In this document: positions 24,234-35,981 of the stretch, piece after piece
How the letters are laid out: each line of letters opens with the position of its first letter
Numbering within the stretch: position 1 is the stretch's first letter
Source of the DNA: Catajapyx aquilonaris
Taxonomy: Eukaryota
Length of the DNA stretch: 64,000 nt
Direction: 5' to 3'
Assembly: GCA_000934665.2 (NCBI GenBank)
Contig: KZ538168.1
Coordinates: forward strand, 1 to 64,000
Notes under the pieces: model-generated
Told to the model about the DNA's origin: nothing
The model's database searches: none
What the model saw: the letters and a program-made list of their open reading frames with translations, nothing else
Program-made: the position numbers and the translations under genes

Positions 24234-26207
24234 ATGTTGGGAGGGTCGCTGTTGAGGAGGGCAGGTTAGTTTAGCACCGACCCATCCGGCCCATTCGCAC
24301 TGTTGAATTCCCCTTTTCCATGCAGCTGTGGGGGTGTCCCACGTGCTGAGGAGGGGCGTGACCTCCATGGGTGCAGAGCATCCCAGAAGCCAGTTCCAGA
24401 ATGAAGAGGACAGGCTGGAGAGGGACGTGCTGGACAAGAGGAAGCCTGACTTGGTAACAGACTATGATGTGGCCATAAGGCAGCGGTGGGAGCAAATAGA
24501 TGGCTCGAATGGGGCTTGCCAATGCACTGCCTGCAGTGCCGCTGGGCATTCAGGAACATTGGCTGTTACATATGCTTTCAAGCCAGTCTGAATTATTATG
24601 CTGTACTAGAGTACAGGAACATGACACAAGTTTCCTGCCGTGCCAACTTTTTGCAGAATCCAATCGAAAAAGACCCTCTAAAATTCACCAATTTACGTTG
24701 ACATGTGAAAAATTAAACATTATAGTTAAAATCAGCATCTAAAAGAGGTGACAATTCTGCATAACGGTGTGTTTACATGTGAGCAATTTGATCCCACGAT
24801 GTCATTGCCAAGTGGTGCATCGCTGAGTAACCTGAGTAACCAATATTGTTTGAGGTGAAAGTAACAATCGATTTTTGCCTCAGACAATACTGGTTACTTG
24901 GGTTACTCCGCGATGACATCGCATGATCAAATTGCTCACATGTAAATGCACCTTGAATGTTTCATGGCAATGAATTCGCACCAATCGTACAGAAATTCAA
25001 TGTGCTTAATATTGATGTTTCTAATTTCATGGAGTGGCTCATGGAAAACTAATGGGTGGAATATTTGTCATACTACTAGTAACTATAGTTACTGAGTGGG
25101 GAGGTGCGGTGGCCGAGATGGTAACGTCTTGGCTTGCTGAGTGAAAGGTCCCAGGTTCGATCCCCACCTGGGAGCTTTTGCCTGCGTCAGGAGGGTCTCT
25201 GACCCCGCGCCTTGGAGATGTCTGGCAACCTAACCTCCTGGGGAACAGCACATGACCCCTTTTCAGACATTGCACTTGTACCTCCATTCCCTCCCCAAAA
25301 ATCCCTATCCTTACCCAATGTCTTTGATTTCTCTGCACCAGAGTCTGAAGAAAAATTGAAAATAACTAAACAAATATGGTGGTGTCCCACCCCTCTAAAA
25401 GGGCCACAAGCTCTATCACGGGGTAGCTATAAAAAAATAGAAAAAAAAAACTATTGTTACTGCTAACTTAGCAGTACTGCTAAGTTAGCAGTAACAAGTA
25501 GTACTACGAAAATTCCACCCATTGTTTTCAGTAAGGAGACTTCATGAGCAGTAAATGGGATATTGCATGAGTTAAAAGTCCTATGGCACAGCTTAAATCA
25601 ATTGATGAAGGTCTTACATCCACCTGCCTTGTTTCAGTACTTTCATTCTGCCACAGAGGTCATACTTCTACACTTTTTTTTCACTGAAGGGAATGTTTTT
25701 GCTCTTATCATATTCTACACTAGTGAAAGTAACTTCTGAGATATGTAACTCATTTTGGACCTTGATCGTTCTTCCCCCAAGGTCTTCATATTGGCTTGCC
25801 AGTGTCAGATGTGACTTTGGTGACATCTTTTAAACAATCATTGAAAGGGCCTGTTACATTCAGGACACATTAGTCAGATTCTAATATACACTCTCTTGTC
25901 ACAGCCTGAAGAAAGTATGGAGAATCCGTACCAGAGGGAACGTCGCAAGTGCATCCTTTGCAAGTACAACATCCAATTGGACTACAAGAACACAAAGCTC
26001 CTGTCCCAGTTTGTGTCACCCTTCACAGGGAAGGTTTATGGAAGACACATAACAGGATTGTGTGCTCGGCAACAGAAGCTGGTGGAGGAGGCAATCCACA
26101 TGTCTATCAGTGCAGGATTCATGGCTGGATATCTCAAAGAAGTTGTCTTCCTCAAGGATCCTAAGTTATTTGACCCAGATAGGCCTACCAGACCTCACCC
26201 TCACTAG
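24234..26207 (+). CDS. MRPS18C: Mitochondrial ribosomal protein S18c, ~153 aa
   Basis: Exons 24234..24264, 24326..24453, 25905..26207 (462 nt). Arg-rich presequence; MENPY..KCILC..DYKNTKLLSQFVSPFTGKVYGRHITGLC..FLKDPKLF. Confidence 0.9.
24766..24952. mobile_element. Palindromic MITE (PIF/Harbinger-like termini)
   Basis: GGTGTGTTTACATGTGAGCAATTTGATC ... GATCAAATTGCTCACATGTAAATGCACC. Confidence 0.7.
25051..25523. repeat. Hairpin-family copy split by a SINE insertion
   Basis: AATGGGTGGAATATTTGTCATACTACTAGT ... AGTAGTACTACGAAAATTCCACCCATT around the SINE at 25094-25450. Confidence 0.6.
25094..25450 (+). mobile_element. tRNA-derived SINE
   Basis: A-box TGGCCGAGATGG, B-box GGTTCGATCCC, tail GCTCTATCACGGGGTA plus poly-A, TSD AACTAT(A/T)GTTACT. 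Confidence 0.8.
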
Positions 26208-26374
26208 AAGGGAATGTGTGATATTTTGTAGAATCAATTGCATCAATTAAACATAATCTATAATGATATCTGTCAGACAATATTAATGACAACCTTTTAC
26301 AGCAAGGTCCACATGATCTAATGCAAAAGCATTGCCAGAAGTCATGAGCTATTGTAATACTGAAATTTTTGGGT

Positions 26375-26470
26375 CATGGGCATGGTGGTCTAATGGTTAT
26401 GCCACTGCCCAGCCAAGCAGGAGGTCACATTCTGCCCCCACTGCAATAGGAAACTCGATGGGTCCAGACT
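26375..26470 (+). mobile_element. Truncated SINE head
   Basis: CATGGTGGTCTAATGGTTATGCCACTGCCCAGCCAAGCAGGAGG matches the head of the SINE at 60264-60551. Confidence 0.5.
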
Positions 26471-26512
26471 TGTGGGTCACCCTGTAGTTCACTGTTTTGA
26501 CTTTTCGATATA

Positions 26513-26751
26513 CAGGGAGTTTCTGAATTCAGGGGACAAACTTTCAGGGGTAATAGAGGTGGCCAAGACAAACATATTTCACATAGGAATGTGTGTATGG
26601 AAACGCCATCTAGAGGGGGTTCATACACGAGATCCCCTCTAGATGGCGTTTCCGGACACGGGTTCTCATATGAAATGTGTTTGTCTCACGTTTTGTCTTG
26701 GTCCTCTTTGTTACCCCTACAAGTTTGTCCCCTGAATGCAGAAACTCCCTG
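26513..26751. mobile_element. Tc1/mariner-type palindromic MITE
   Basis: TA|CAGGGAGTTTCTG(A/C)ATTCAGGGGACAAACTT ... AAGTTTGTCCCCTGAATGCAGAAACTCCCTG|TA; self-complementary through the centre. Confidence 0.8.
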
Positions 26752-27140
26752 TATAAATTGTCAATACCTTTATGTGACCACTGTGCAAGCCTTCTACCTA
26801 CTTATTGGTAGGCTTGCACAGATTTGTATCACACATAGTCACGGACACATGCAGAGAAAGATTCACAGGAGCAGCCATATTTCACATGTTGCGTTCTTGT
26901 TGCCAAAAGTCTGGATTATATCACAGTTTGCAAGTAATTTAAGAATTATTCTTGGTTTGGATGAATACACTACAGAAAACCAAGAGGATAGTAACTGGGA
27001 ACTTCTGCGTACACACACTGACTGCACAGCCAGCATTGTGGCTGTGGAATAATACAATTACATATGTTCCTTTTGTGGCACTTCGTGAAATTAATTCTGA
27101 AATCATGTGGAAGCTGTACTCTAAGATTACAGCAGTTTCC

Positions 27141-29778
27141 TCAAGGCTGTTCCTTGCTCTGGCATTCCTTGAGCCTAGTCTTGGCATGAGCAAGAGCGTC
27201 TCTAAGTGCCGTCTTCTTTTTCTTGAAGCTGGAGAATCCTTCTTTATTTTTCCCAACTGACCCAAAGAAAGTGGCACGGTCAACAAAGTCAGTTAGCTTG
27301 GTCAGCTGCCCCTCCTCCATCTCCGGGGCATCGTTAAGCACCTTAGTTGCATCACTCATCAACCTTGTCCAAATACTGCATATCTTAATAAGTTGAATGT
27401 ATTCAGTATTCTTTTAGCAACTTACCCTGATCCAGATGGCGGGTCAGATTGCACCACATCTAGGAAAATCTGGAAAGCTTCATGCAAGTTGCCTTGGGTG
27501 TGCAGTTGGTGGAACTTGTAAAACCTATCTGTGAAGATAAAATTAATTTTCTTCTCTGCTGATGGTCAGTTACGTACTATCAAGTTAGTTTATAGGAGCA
27601 GAATGGTCCTTTATCATGTAACATAGTGCAATTTTCAGCCTTCATTTGTAATTGCTTGTCTTTTGTTGCAGATAACAATTTGAGTGGATTTACTTTGATT
27701 TGAGGTGCTAATGGTGCAGTATATAGCAATGTACTCACCTAAAAAGGCAAGATCTTGATACTTCTTCAGAATGCATGTTGTAGGATGCTCCAACATGTCC
27801 AAAGCAAGCATGTTCCCAGTTTTGAAGAAGTGGTCTAGAATATGAGTGACAGCTTGTCCAATGAGGTATGAGTCAGAAGATCTGAGCGCCCAGTTCAGGG
27901 CATGACCTGCATTGCCCTGAGACAGGGCTAAACCAACTTGCTTTGCATATATCAAGCTTGCTGAAAAAAAGCACCGATGTTAAACTACCATCTTCGATAA
28001 AATTTCATTGCACCGTGACAAGTAAAAACTAGATACACAGTAACAAAAAGTGAGTTATTCAGTTCCAGTGCCTACATAATTATGTAAGGGAATGAGCAGT
28101 TTTGCATTTAATATTGCCTGAGATCTGAGATTTCGGTGTAATTATCCACGCTCTTTTTTTCCCCGTGCGAAGAACGGGAACCGCTGCTAGTTGGAAGAAT
28201 ATATTACATGCTGTTAGATTTTTTTAAATGCAGATGTTCAGCGCAAATGTTGGCTCCAAAATAATGGTGTCCGTAAAGGCTGTTTCATAAACTCGGTGAT
28301 TAGAAAGCTGGTGGGAAATTATATAGCAGCACAGGCTTGCAGACATAATGCAATCTGTACTTACAAGTTAGATCAGTTGCATACTTGTCATGTGTGTCAC
28401 AAAATAAAATCATCACAGTGGATATCCAAAACCTGCATACCTGTTTCGTGGAGTCCACGTTTGCGTGCCTCTAAAATTGCCTTTCTCATCATGTACTCGC
28501 CCTGTAAGTGCAACCCTTCTATCAGCTCTTCTTGCAGGGAACGAACTGGTGAGTAGTCCAGGTATGCCATTCCTAGCTGCCACAACTCAGGATACTTGTA
28601 CACCAAAGCTCTTGACATTTCTTCTAGGTACACCCCACCATCATAGCCACCACGCATACGCCGCAATAAAAGGTCAGCTAAATGTGCACCGAACCAGGCA
28701 TTAATATTATATGCCGCCTTCACCATCTTTTCAACGTCACCATCCATGGCAGCCTTTATCACCTCAGGTGCATGTATCGCATCTTTGTGTGACTTCATGT
28801 CACAGAATCGTGCGAATGGGTCAATATAAAGCAGGCGCATGACCAGTGCTTCACACCAGGTGAGATGTAGCACTGATTTAGCTTCAGCAATCGCTGAGGT
28901 CATCCCAGCCATCAGAAAGCAAATTCCCTGCAAGCTGTCATCCAAGCTGAATGTGCAAAGACGTACGTGACTCTTCACACTCTTCCGCCACGAGTTCCAT
29001 CTTTCTTTATACTTGTTGAGTGGAGTGTCCAAGGGAGGCATGCCTGACATGAGTTCACTCATAGATTTAAACTCATCTGTTTTGGCGTCAGGATGCATTT
29101 CCAAAATACTTTGTGCCTCTGTTAACCGTCCAAGTGCAACATATCTATTGACAATGTTCCAGTATTCTGGCGTGTTAGTTGACATAGCCTTCTTGGAAAG
29201 CGGAAAGTGAACTTCAGTCAATTTCATAAAATGTGGTAACAGAGGGTCATCTGAAAACAATGCATTATAATTAAGAAATAAATGTAGGGCTTATGGCGTG
29301 AGTTTTGAACAGGAAAAACTGCAATATGGAATCATCACAACACATTTCAGGTTAATGTCCAAATGTTGCACCTTGTACTGTATGTGTAAATATGTGTACC
29401 TGCACCACAGCTAAAGAACAAAATTTCACAAAAGTTCCAGATTAATTCCATTTCAATGGCAGAGGCTACTGGACCATCACCATGAGTTATAGCTTTGGAG
29501 ACATTGTTTGTCACAAAGCGTCGTATGGCAGACCTGAGGGAGTGAGTAATCAGTATCAATCAGCTCACGAAGAATATTCAATGATCCAAATAATGCCAGT
29601 AAGACTGTCCTGACCTGTATTCCCGACTGGATTTAAGCAGTTGCTTGCCATCCAAAGTTTGCTCAGCTGCATCACATTTACGCATGTGCATAAATGTGCT
29701 GCTGGCTTGATAAACCATCTCAAGTAGCGGAAGGGTATCTATATCCCTATATACCTTGTGCTTCTTTGTGCGATCCAT
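27141..29778 (-). CDS. NUP85: Nucleoporin Nup85-like, divergent, ~555 aa
   Basis: Exons 29778..29615, 29533..29400, 29250..28441, 27960..27739, 27528..27426, 27375..27141 (1668 nt, in frame). Motifs SREYRSAIR, ELIWNFCEILF, YWNIV..GRLTEAQSIL, WFGAHLADLL, LWQLGMAYLDY, ALNWALRS, LAFLDRFYKFH. Confidence 0.78.
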
Positions 29779-30262
29779 TTTGGCACTTCTACAAACAATT
29801 AAACAAACTTCATTGCCTTGGTGTTGTTATAAACAATTAGCCAGCCAAAAAAATAACTACAGCGTAAGTGAAATGTTTAACTGGGATATCCCTGGACATC
29901 TCCATGTAGTTGTTTGACTGCTTTTCAGTCAATACTTTGTGTACTGCGGAGTATCTATCCTGCCCTATTCACCCTACTTCGTACATTACGTTCAGTAAAA
30001 CTTGGGAAATCTGTAAAATCTAGGATGTATCCATGGTGAGCTCTTGGTAAACCAGCTGCATTAAAAGTGCAACACCATCATCATAATAAACTCAACTTTA
30101 TTAGACTCTGCAGTGTAAATCCCAAACCATAAAATATGAAAAATACACACCATTTATATTATATCATTCTCCATTCCACAATTTCAATACAAACTATTAT
30201 TGGCATGATATAAAGGCATCATGTTTTCAATACCAAGTGAAACCATTTCACTGATATTTTTC

Positions 30263-33200
30263 TTATAGACCTTTGTTGAAATAAACATATTCTGGAATGT
30301 TTCCTTCTGACTTTTCTAGCACATCCTTGTAGCAGTTAGGCTCCAGTCGAGACAAGGTGCTCACTCTCAATCGACTGAAAAAGCAGTAGGTCAGTCATCA
30401 TTTTATAACAACCTTACAAGCAGCAACTTACCATTGTTGTGGGAAGAGTGCACAGGCAGTGGGCGTCATAAAAGCAAGGCTGCAAGAACAAAGACAGAAT
30501 GCAAATCATGAAAGGGAAGCATAAAAAATTCTAGTTTTCTGAAGAAACTAAAATGTGCTTTAGGTAATACAATTGCAAACAGTGACTACGTGAGATTTTG
30601 AGTGCACAGATTACGTACTTTCCACTACTAAAATCATGCAAAGAGAGCTTACAAGCAACCACAAAGCAAGACTTGAATTGGTGCATGGAGCACACGAAGT
30701 CGCTGCATCCAGGCTCGCTTTTCTAGTCGTTCCATTAGCACAGGGATAAGTACTGAAAATCAAGCCTCTTAAGAAATGTGTACACGATTGCCATACCACT
30801 GAAGCATCGTCAACCAAAAATATCAACAAAGCAGTCAATCAGCGTCTTTTATCACTCTTCATTTCCCTATGAGCATCCCACCGGAACATCCCATAATCCG
30901 ATGGAAATTAATAGAGACTCAAGAGTGGCCAGTGTAACTTTTTATTTTTTTTATTTTTTTAATGGCAGAAAGGTGCTGTACATGCTTTCATTACTCTACG
31001 TAGCACCCTTGTCAGCTACAACAGCACACTCAATCACATGGCCAGATTGTAAAGGATGTATAACTACTGTATCAGACAAAGGCAGAGAAAAATGTGGAGG
31101 TGGCAACAGCCAAACTACACCTACATAGTAATTATTTCTGTGGAGTGTGTGTTTTGAAACTTGTGACAACTCACTCATTCCAGGGGCAGCCATCGCAATC
31201 CGAGATATGACAACCTGTGTGATTCCCTTGACTGCAGCCAGTCTGGATTCACCCACATGCCGTCCCTGCCCATCGTAGACAGATATGCCGTATGCCAGCT
31301 CATTCTGGCGCATTAGTGGGATGTTTACACAGTTAGCAGCTGCTACGGCTGCAAATGGGACCCATCGTTGGAATAATGGAGCAGCTCTCTTCTGCAAGGC
31401 AGCTTTCAAGCCCAGGGCAGTACCCAGAGCTGCCCCTGTAGCTGATGCATAGGCAACTCCCAACTGGGTAGGAGTGGTTGGAGACTTGGCATTCCGATTT
31501 GTGTAATTCACTAATGCATTGAAGGATTGATTCACCCACTAATGGAATGGGAAGAAAAATTCAGATATAAGTGACAAGCAAATGACCTATAGGACACAAT
31601 ATGACATAGATCAGTATTTCTCAACTGGGGTTGCGTAGGGTTCCGCGAGAAATAATAACGAATAGGCTAATCACATGTAAAGGTATTTTTGAGTCATAAA
31701 TTGATATTTATGTACAGGTGTTGGACAAAATAATAGGGACACTTGGGGTTGAAAGTTCGGGTTGGTTCTCTTCGAAAACTAGAAATATTACACAAAGGTA
31801 AATTTTACTGACGTTTGAACATTTGATGGTGAACATTTGTCATGGTATGCAGATGGCACAAAATTGACGAGAGGAGGCAGGAAACAAAAATTGAACGACA
31901 CCTCCTCAGCCACAATTTTCGACCAGTGTCCCACCCTATTCATTTGAAACCGAAAAGAGTTACAGATATGAACATTACTGTGTTTTTAGGCTCTATAGAT
32001 GTAACTTTGTGTGGTATGCAGATGGCCCAAAAAGCTATGAGAGAGAGAGTGGGAGAGAAAAAGAGAAACAGCATCCCCCAGCACTAAATCTGAGACAGCT
32101 ATACAGACTGTTCAAAACTTGAATGTGTCCACTGCAAGAAGGATTTTGGCTGCATTGAAAGCAAAGATGGTCAAACTCTAACTGTAACAGGGGGGTTTCC
32201 ATTATCCAACCCATACAGTTACATCAAAAGACCTTCAATACTCAGTCCAGTAAATGGGTCGAATTTTTTCCCCACTGCTAGTTACTGTTAATGTAGTCGT
32301 TTCAGTGCCAACACTGGTACTGCTAAGGTAGCAGTAACTAGCAGTGGGACGAAAATTTGACCCAATATCTGTAACTGCTTTCATTTGCAAATGAAAAGGA
32401 AGGGACACTCTGGTCAAAAATGGCGGTTGGGGGATGTCGTTCACATTTTGTTTCCCCCCTCCTCTTGTGACTTTTGTGAAATCTGCATATCTCAACAAAT
32501 GTACATGGACACTGCTTCAAAACTCAGGAAGTCATAATTATTATTTGTAACTTTTCTCGTTCCTGTTTTTGAATAAAACAGACATGGATCTTTCAATCTC
32601 CTTTAGCAGGTGTCCCGATTATTTTGTCCAACCTCTGTTAGGCTCAGACGCCGAAAACACTCATTGCGCGAAAAATGACAATTTCGCAAAATGATTATTT
32701 TCAAACTAACCATTTTACAACATGGCCGATTTTTCTGCTCATTGATCGTTTTCTGTGTTCCAGCCTAACACATTGAATAACTTGGGGAAGAATTTTCGTC
32801 CCACTGCTAGTTAGTGCTAAGTTAGTCTTGGGACTGGTACTGCTTAGTTAGCAGTATCTAGCAGTGGGACGAAAATTCGACACTTAATTTTTACGTAAGG
32901 GTTCCCTGAGACATGAATATAATTTCAAGGGTTCCGCATGGGTAAAAAGGTTGAGAAATGCTGGGATCAATGAATGTATGTGTAACGCAGGTGTGGTTTG
33001 TACATTTTCAGATGGAGGGAGGTGAGTTAGCTGTAAAGTTGAAATGATCCGTAGCACTGTGCCTGTAGAAACTCAGGCCAAACTCACATCAGTGTAACTC
33101 TCCCAAACGGTCACTGCATCTCTGGCCTGATATTACAAGCTGACACTACAATTTCAATGTTTTAAGAACGTAATAATGAGCAACGAATCAGTCATATGCA

Positions 33201-34792
33201 CTTGTAATCTTGCTGGACAATGCTTTTGAGAAATCTGGTGAATTACACTGACTGTGAATTGGGGTAGGCTACATTTTGGCCTGAAGTGAGCCAGAAAAAA
33301 ACCTCCAGAACAGAGGCTACACTACACCATGTGCAACTCACTTGTACTCAGGGGGCCAACATGGCTTACAGTGCATGGGACATTTACACCAATACATGTT
33401 CAATGCCAATACACAAGGAGTCATAGTCAAAGCTCTCGTAGTAATTTCTATCACCCCCTGTTACACAAGGCCCTGTTCACAGCATCTATTACTGAAGGAC
33501 GTTGTGCAGCCCAAGGTCACCAGCGAGGTAGAATTATTTTCATTTGTGGTAATCAAAGAAATAATACCTGCTTCATACCTGTTTAGCATAACCTTGAAAC
33601 TTAATCCTTGTGGGGATATCATGGCTTGTGTGCTGCTTCTGATCAAATATTATCTTAGCCATTGAGGTGAAGATGCATAAAACAACTTCACCGCTGATCG
33701 ACAACAAAAGATTGGAAAATCATGTGATCGTGATTATACAGTAGTAGACATTTTCTCATGGTGGCCAAGGACACGTATCGCAAACATGTCCAACATCAGG
33801 AATGAATTGCACAGCCCGCACCAGAGAGCCAGGTGAAACCCTGGCTAATTCCCCGACACACATTGTCAGGAATCCAGAGAAACTCATTTCGACATCCAAC
33901 GATAACTTGCCCTTAAAGTAGACTTGTGCGGATACAGTGAACCGAGAAAACCCGAAGTTGACCATGACACATTGACACCTATTCAAATATGAAACCCGTT
34001 TGAAGCTATTTCTTGCAGTTTAGGCCCTGATACCTATTCAGACTGACAGACAGGCAGAGCCGTTCTGTAAGACTTTTTTTCGATGACGAGAAAAAATCTA
34101 AAAGCACCATAATTATGATTCCAGACATTAGCAAGTGCATTGAACAGGCTACATTTCATCATATTTCCTTTAGCAACAATACTCCTTCAGATATTCACTT
34201 TTACTTCCTCTCCTCTCTCTTTCACACATATTCTCCCCAGCACAGCAATTTCTCTCATTATTTGTCACCACGGCTCATTGTGGTGCAAGCAAATTTAGGT
34301 AACAACCTGCCAGAAGACAACAGCAGGCACGGATCTGTAGAACTGCAGCATGAATCCGGTGATGGCCATCCCTCCAGGCACCTGGAAGGACATCCTTCCC
34401 ATCACGTTCTGCTTCTCCCCCGAGTCTGGGTGAAACGCAGACAGGTACAGCTGGCGGCTCCTCCAAAGCTCCTCTTCCGTCGTTCCCTCTGGTTCCTCAC
34501 CTCTCCTAGAAACAAACCCGGCTTGACACATCCCGAAGAATAAACCAAGCAAGCAGCACCATCAGTTCCGGAGGGAAAGATTTTACTCGTATTTTTGCAG
34601 CAGAGACTTGGCCTGGTCCAGCTCCTCTTCCGTGGCCAGGCATGTCCTCGGGTCCGTCACCCAGAAGAAGTGCCTCAGGCGGCCAGAGAAGCTGCCCTGG
34701 TCCCATCTGGGCTTGGTCAGGTCCAGGCGAACCTTCGAGACATTCCCTTTTGAATCGACACCTGACGAAGACTCGTGACTTCCGGACGCCAT
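30263..34792 (-). CDS. SFXN2: Sideroflexin-2, ~342 aa
   Basis: Exons 34792..34587, 34505..34307, 31538..31175, 30752..30653, 30479..30432, 30374..30263 (1029 nt). PRWDQ..TDPR, AFHPDSGEK..GRMSFQVPGGMAITGFMLQFYR, WVNQSFNALVNYTNRNA, terminal YFNKGL. Confidence 0.9.
31715..32637. mobile_element. Tc1/mariner-type non-autonomous element
   Basis: TA|CAGGTGTTGGACAAAATAATAGGGACAC ... GTGTCCCGATTATTTTGTCCAACCTCTG. Confidence 0.72.
32256..32363. repeat. Hairpin-family copy
   Basis: GGGTCGAATTTTTTCCCCACTGCTAGTTACTG ... CAGTAACTAGCAGTGGGACGAAAATTTGACCC. Confidence 0.75.
32790..32878. repeat. Hairpin-family copy
   Basis: GAATTTTCGTCCCACTGCTAG ... CTAGCAGTGGGACGAAAATTC. Confidence 0.75.
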
Positions 34793-35704
34793 GCTTCCAA
34801 CACACGGTATCGGATTGGCACCACTGGCCATCCGAGGGTGGCACTCATGGAATCACGTCGCGTATTTCAGTCGCTGTTCTGTGACTGTAGCTAATACTTC
34901 TGAACAAAGTTTGCGCAGGGCAGTGACAAGTTTTGATAAGTGGTTTAAAATCACCAAACTACTTGTTATGTTCTTCGTGGTATAGTGTAGAACGAAGGAC
35001 TAACTCTGGTAAGGACAGGGTGTACTGAGGACTGGAGAACCGTAGAAAACATTTGTGACGAGCTATTTAAAAACGTGTCCTAGTAACTGCTTCTTTGATA
35101 TAGCGTTTATTTCATTTCACATCATTTTCTTATACAGTACCGTACAGTACCTGGGCATAATGTTTTGCGATGTTTCACTTACGGCCCTATTTTGCTGGAA
35201 CCCCGCCGTCAAACTGGGGCTGCATTAGATGCGATTAGATGAGTCGAGTACGCACTGTACGTAATAAATGCGGTGTTCGATGGGCTTGCTGTATCTGTAT
35301 GTGATGCACCTCGGCACCTGCACCTCTCAGTACCTGTAATGTCAAGGGAAACTATGCCTCAAATGGGCCTAACCGCGACCCGGAGCTCTATGTTATGGCA
35401 AGCTCTTGGTTATGGTTATGGTAATCATTTGCATTTGCGAGATATATGCTCTTCTACATCATCAGCCTGCTCACCCTGCTGTATTCGAAGGCATGATAAA
35501 GCAATGATAAAGTGTGGTCTCTGGAGAGAAGCCGGGAATATATATTGTGGACGGGGTCAGAGTACTCGTGGATCCTTTCATTACGTTCCAGTACACAAAG
35601 GGCTATACGATGTTTTCTCCCTTTTTTGCCCGCTCGATAGACTCGGCATGTAAGCGACGTTGCCAACTCAAACCCCACTACTGTGTAGACTCGGCAACCG
35701 TGCC

Positions 35705-35745
35705 TCTCTCTCTCTTTCTCCCTCTCGGCCTCTCTCTCTCTCTCT
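35705..35745. repeat. (CT)n-rich tract upstream of PWWP2
   Basis: Interrupted CT dinucleotide run. Other microsatellites at 36182-36201 (CA), 39812-39832 (CT) and 55381-55398 (CA). Confidence 0.7.
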
Positions 35746-35981
35746 TGCTCCATTCTTGGTGGTCTTCCCTCACCCACCCCACCCACCCACCCAATATATC
35801 TCCCTATCCCGCCACCCACTTCCATCCCGAACATAACTCTGCCCCTGGCACGTAGATGAGCACCACACCACATAAATTGCCCCTACTCGCGCCATAGCCC
35901 AAGTGTGGAGCCAGCCAGCCAGCCCCTCCCTCCAGCCCTACCTGGATAAGAAGTGTGCTGGAGAAGTGAGCTCGGGGCGAT

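Larger units (their letters stand above)
31612..32963. mobile_element. hAT-like non-autonomous element hosting nested insertions
   Basis: CAGTATTTCTCAAC ... GTTGAGAAATGCTG termini and subterminal AGGGTTCCGC motifs. No TSD seen. Confidence 0.6.

Noticed and set aside
25094..25170. tRNA gene (also 7357-7430, 60480-60551, 63445-63516)
   Set aside because: A/B boxes are present, but I could not fold a cloverleaf, and the complete copies continue into a body with an A-rich tail and TSD. These are SINE heads.
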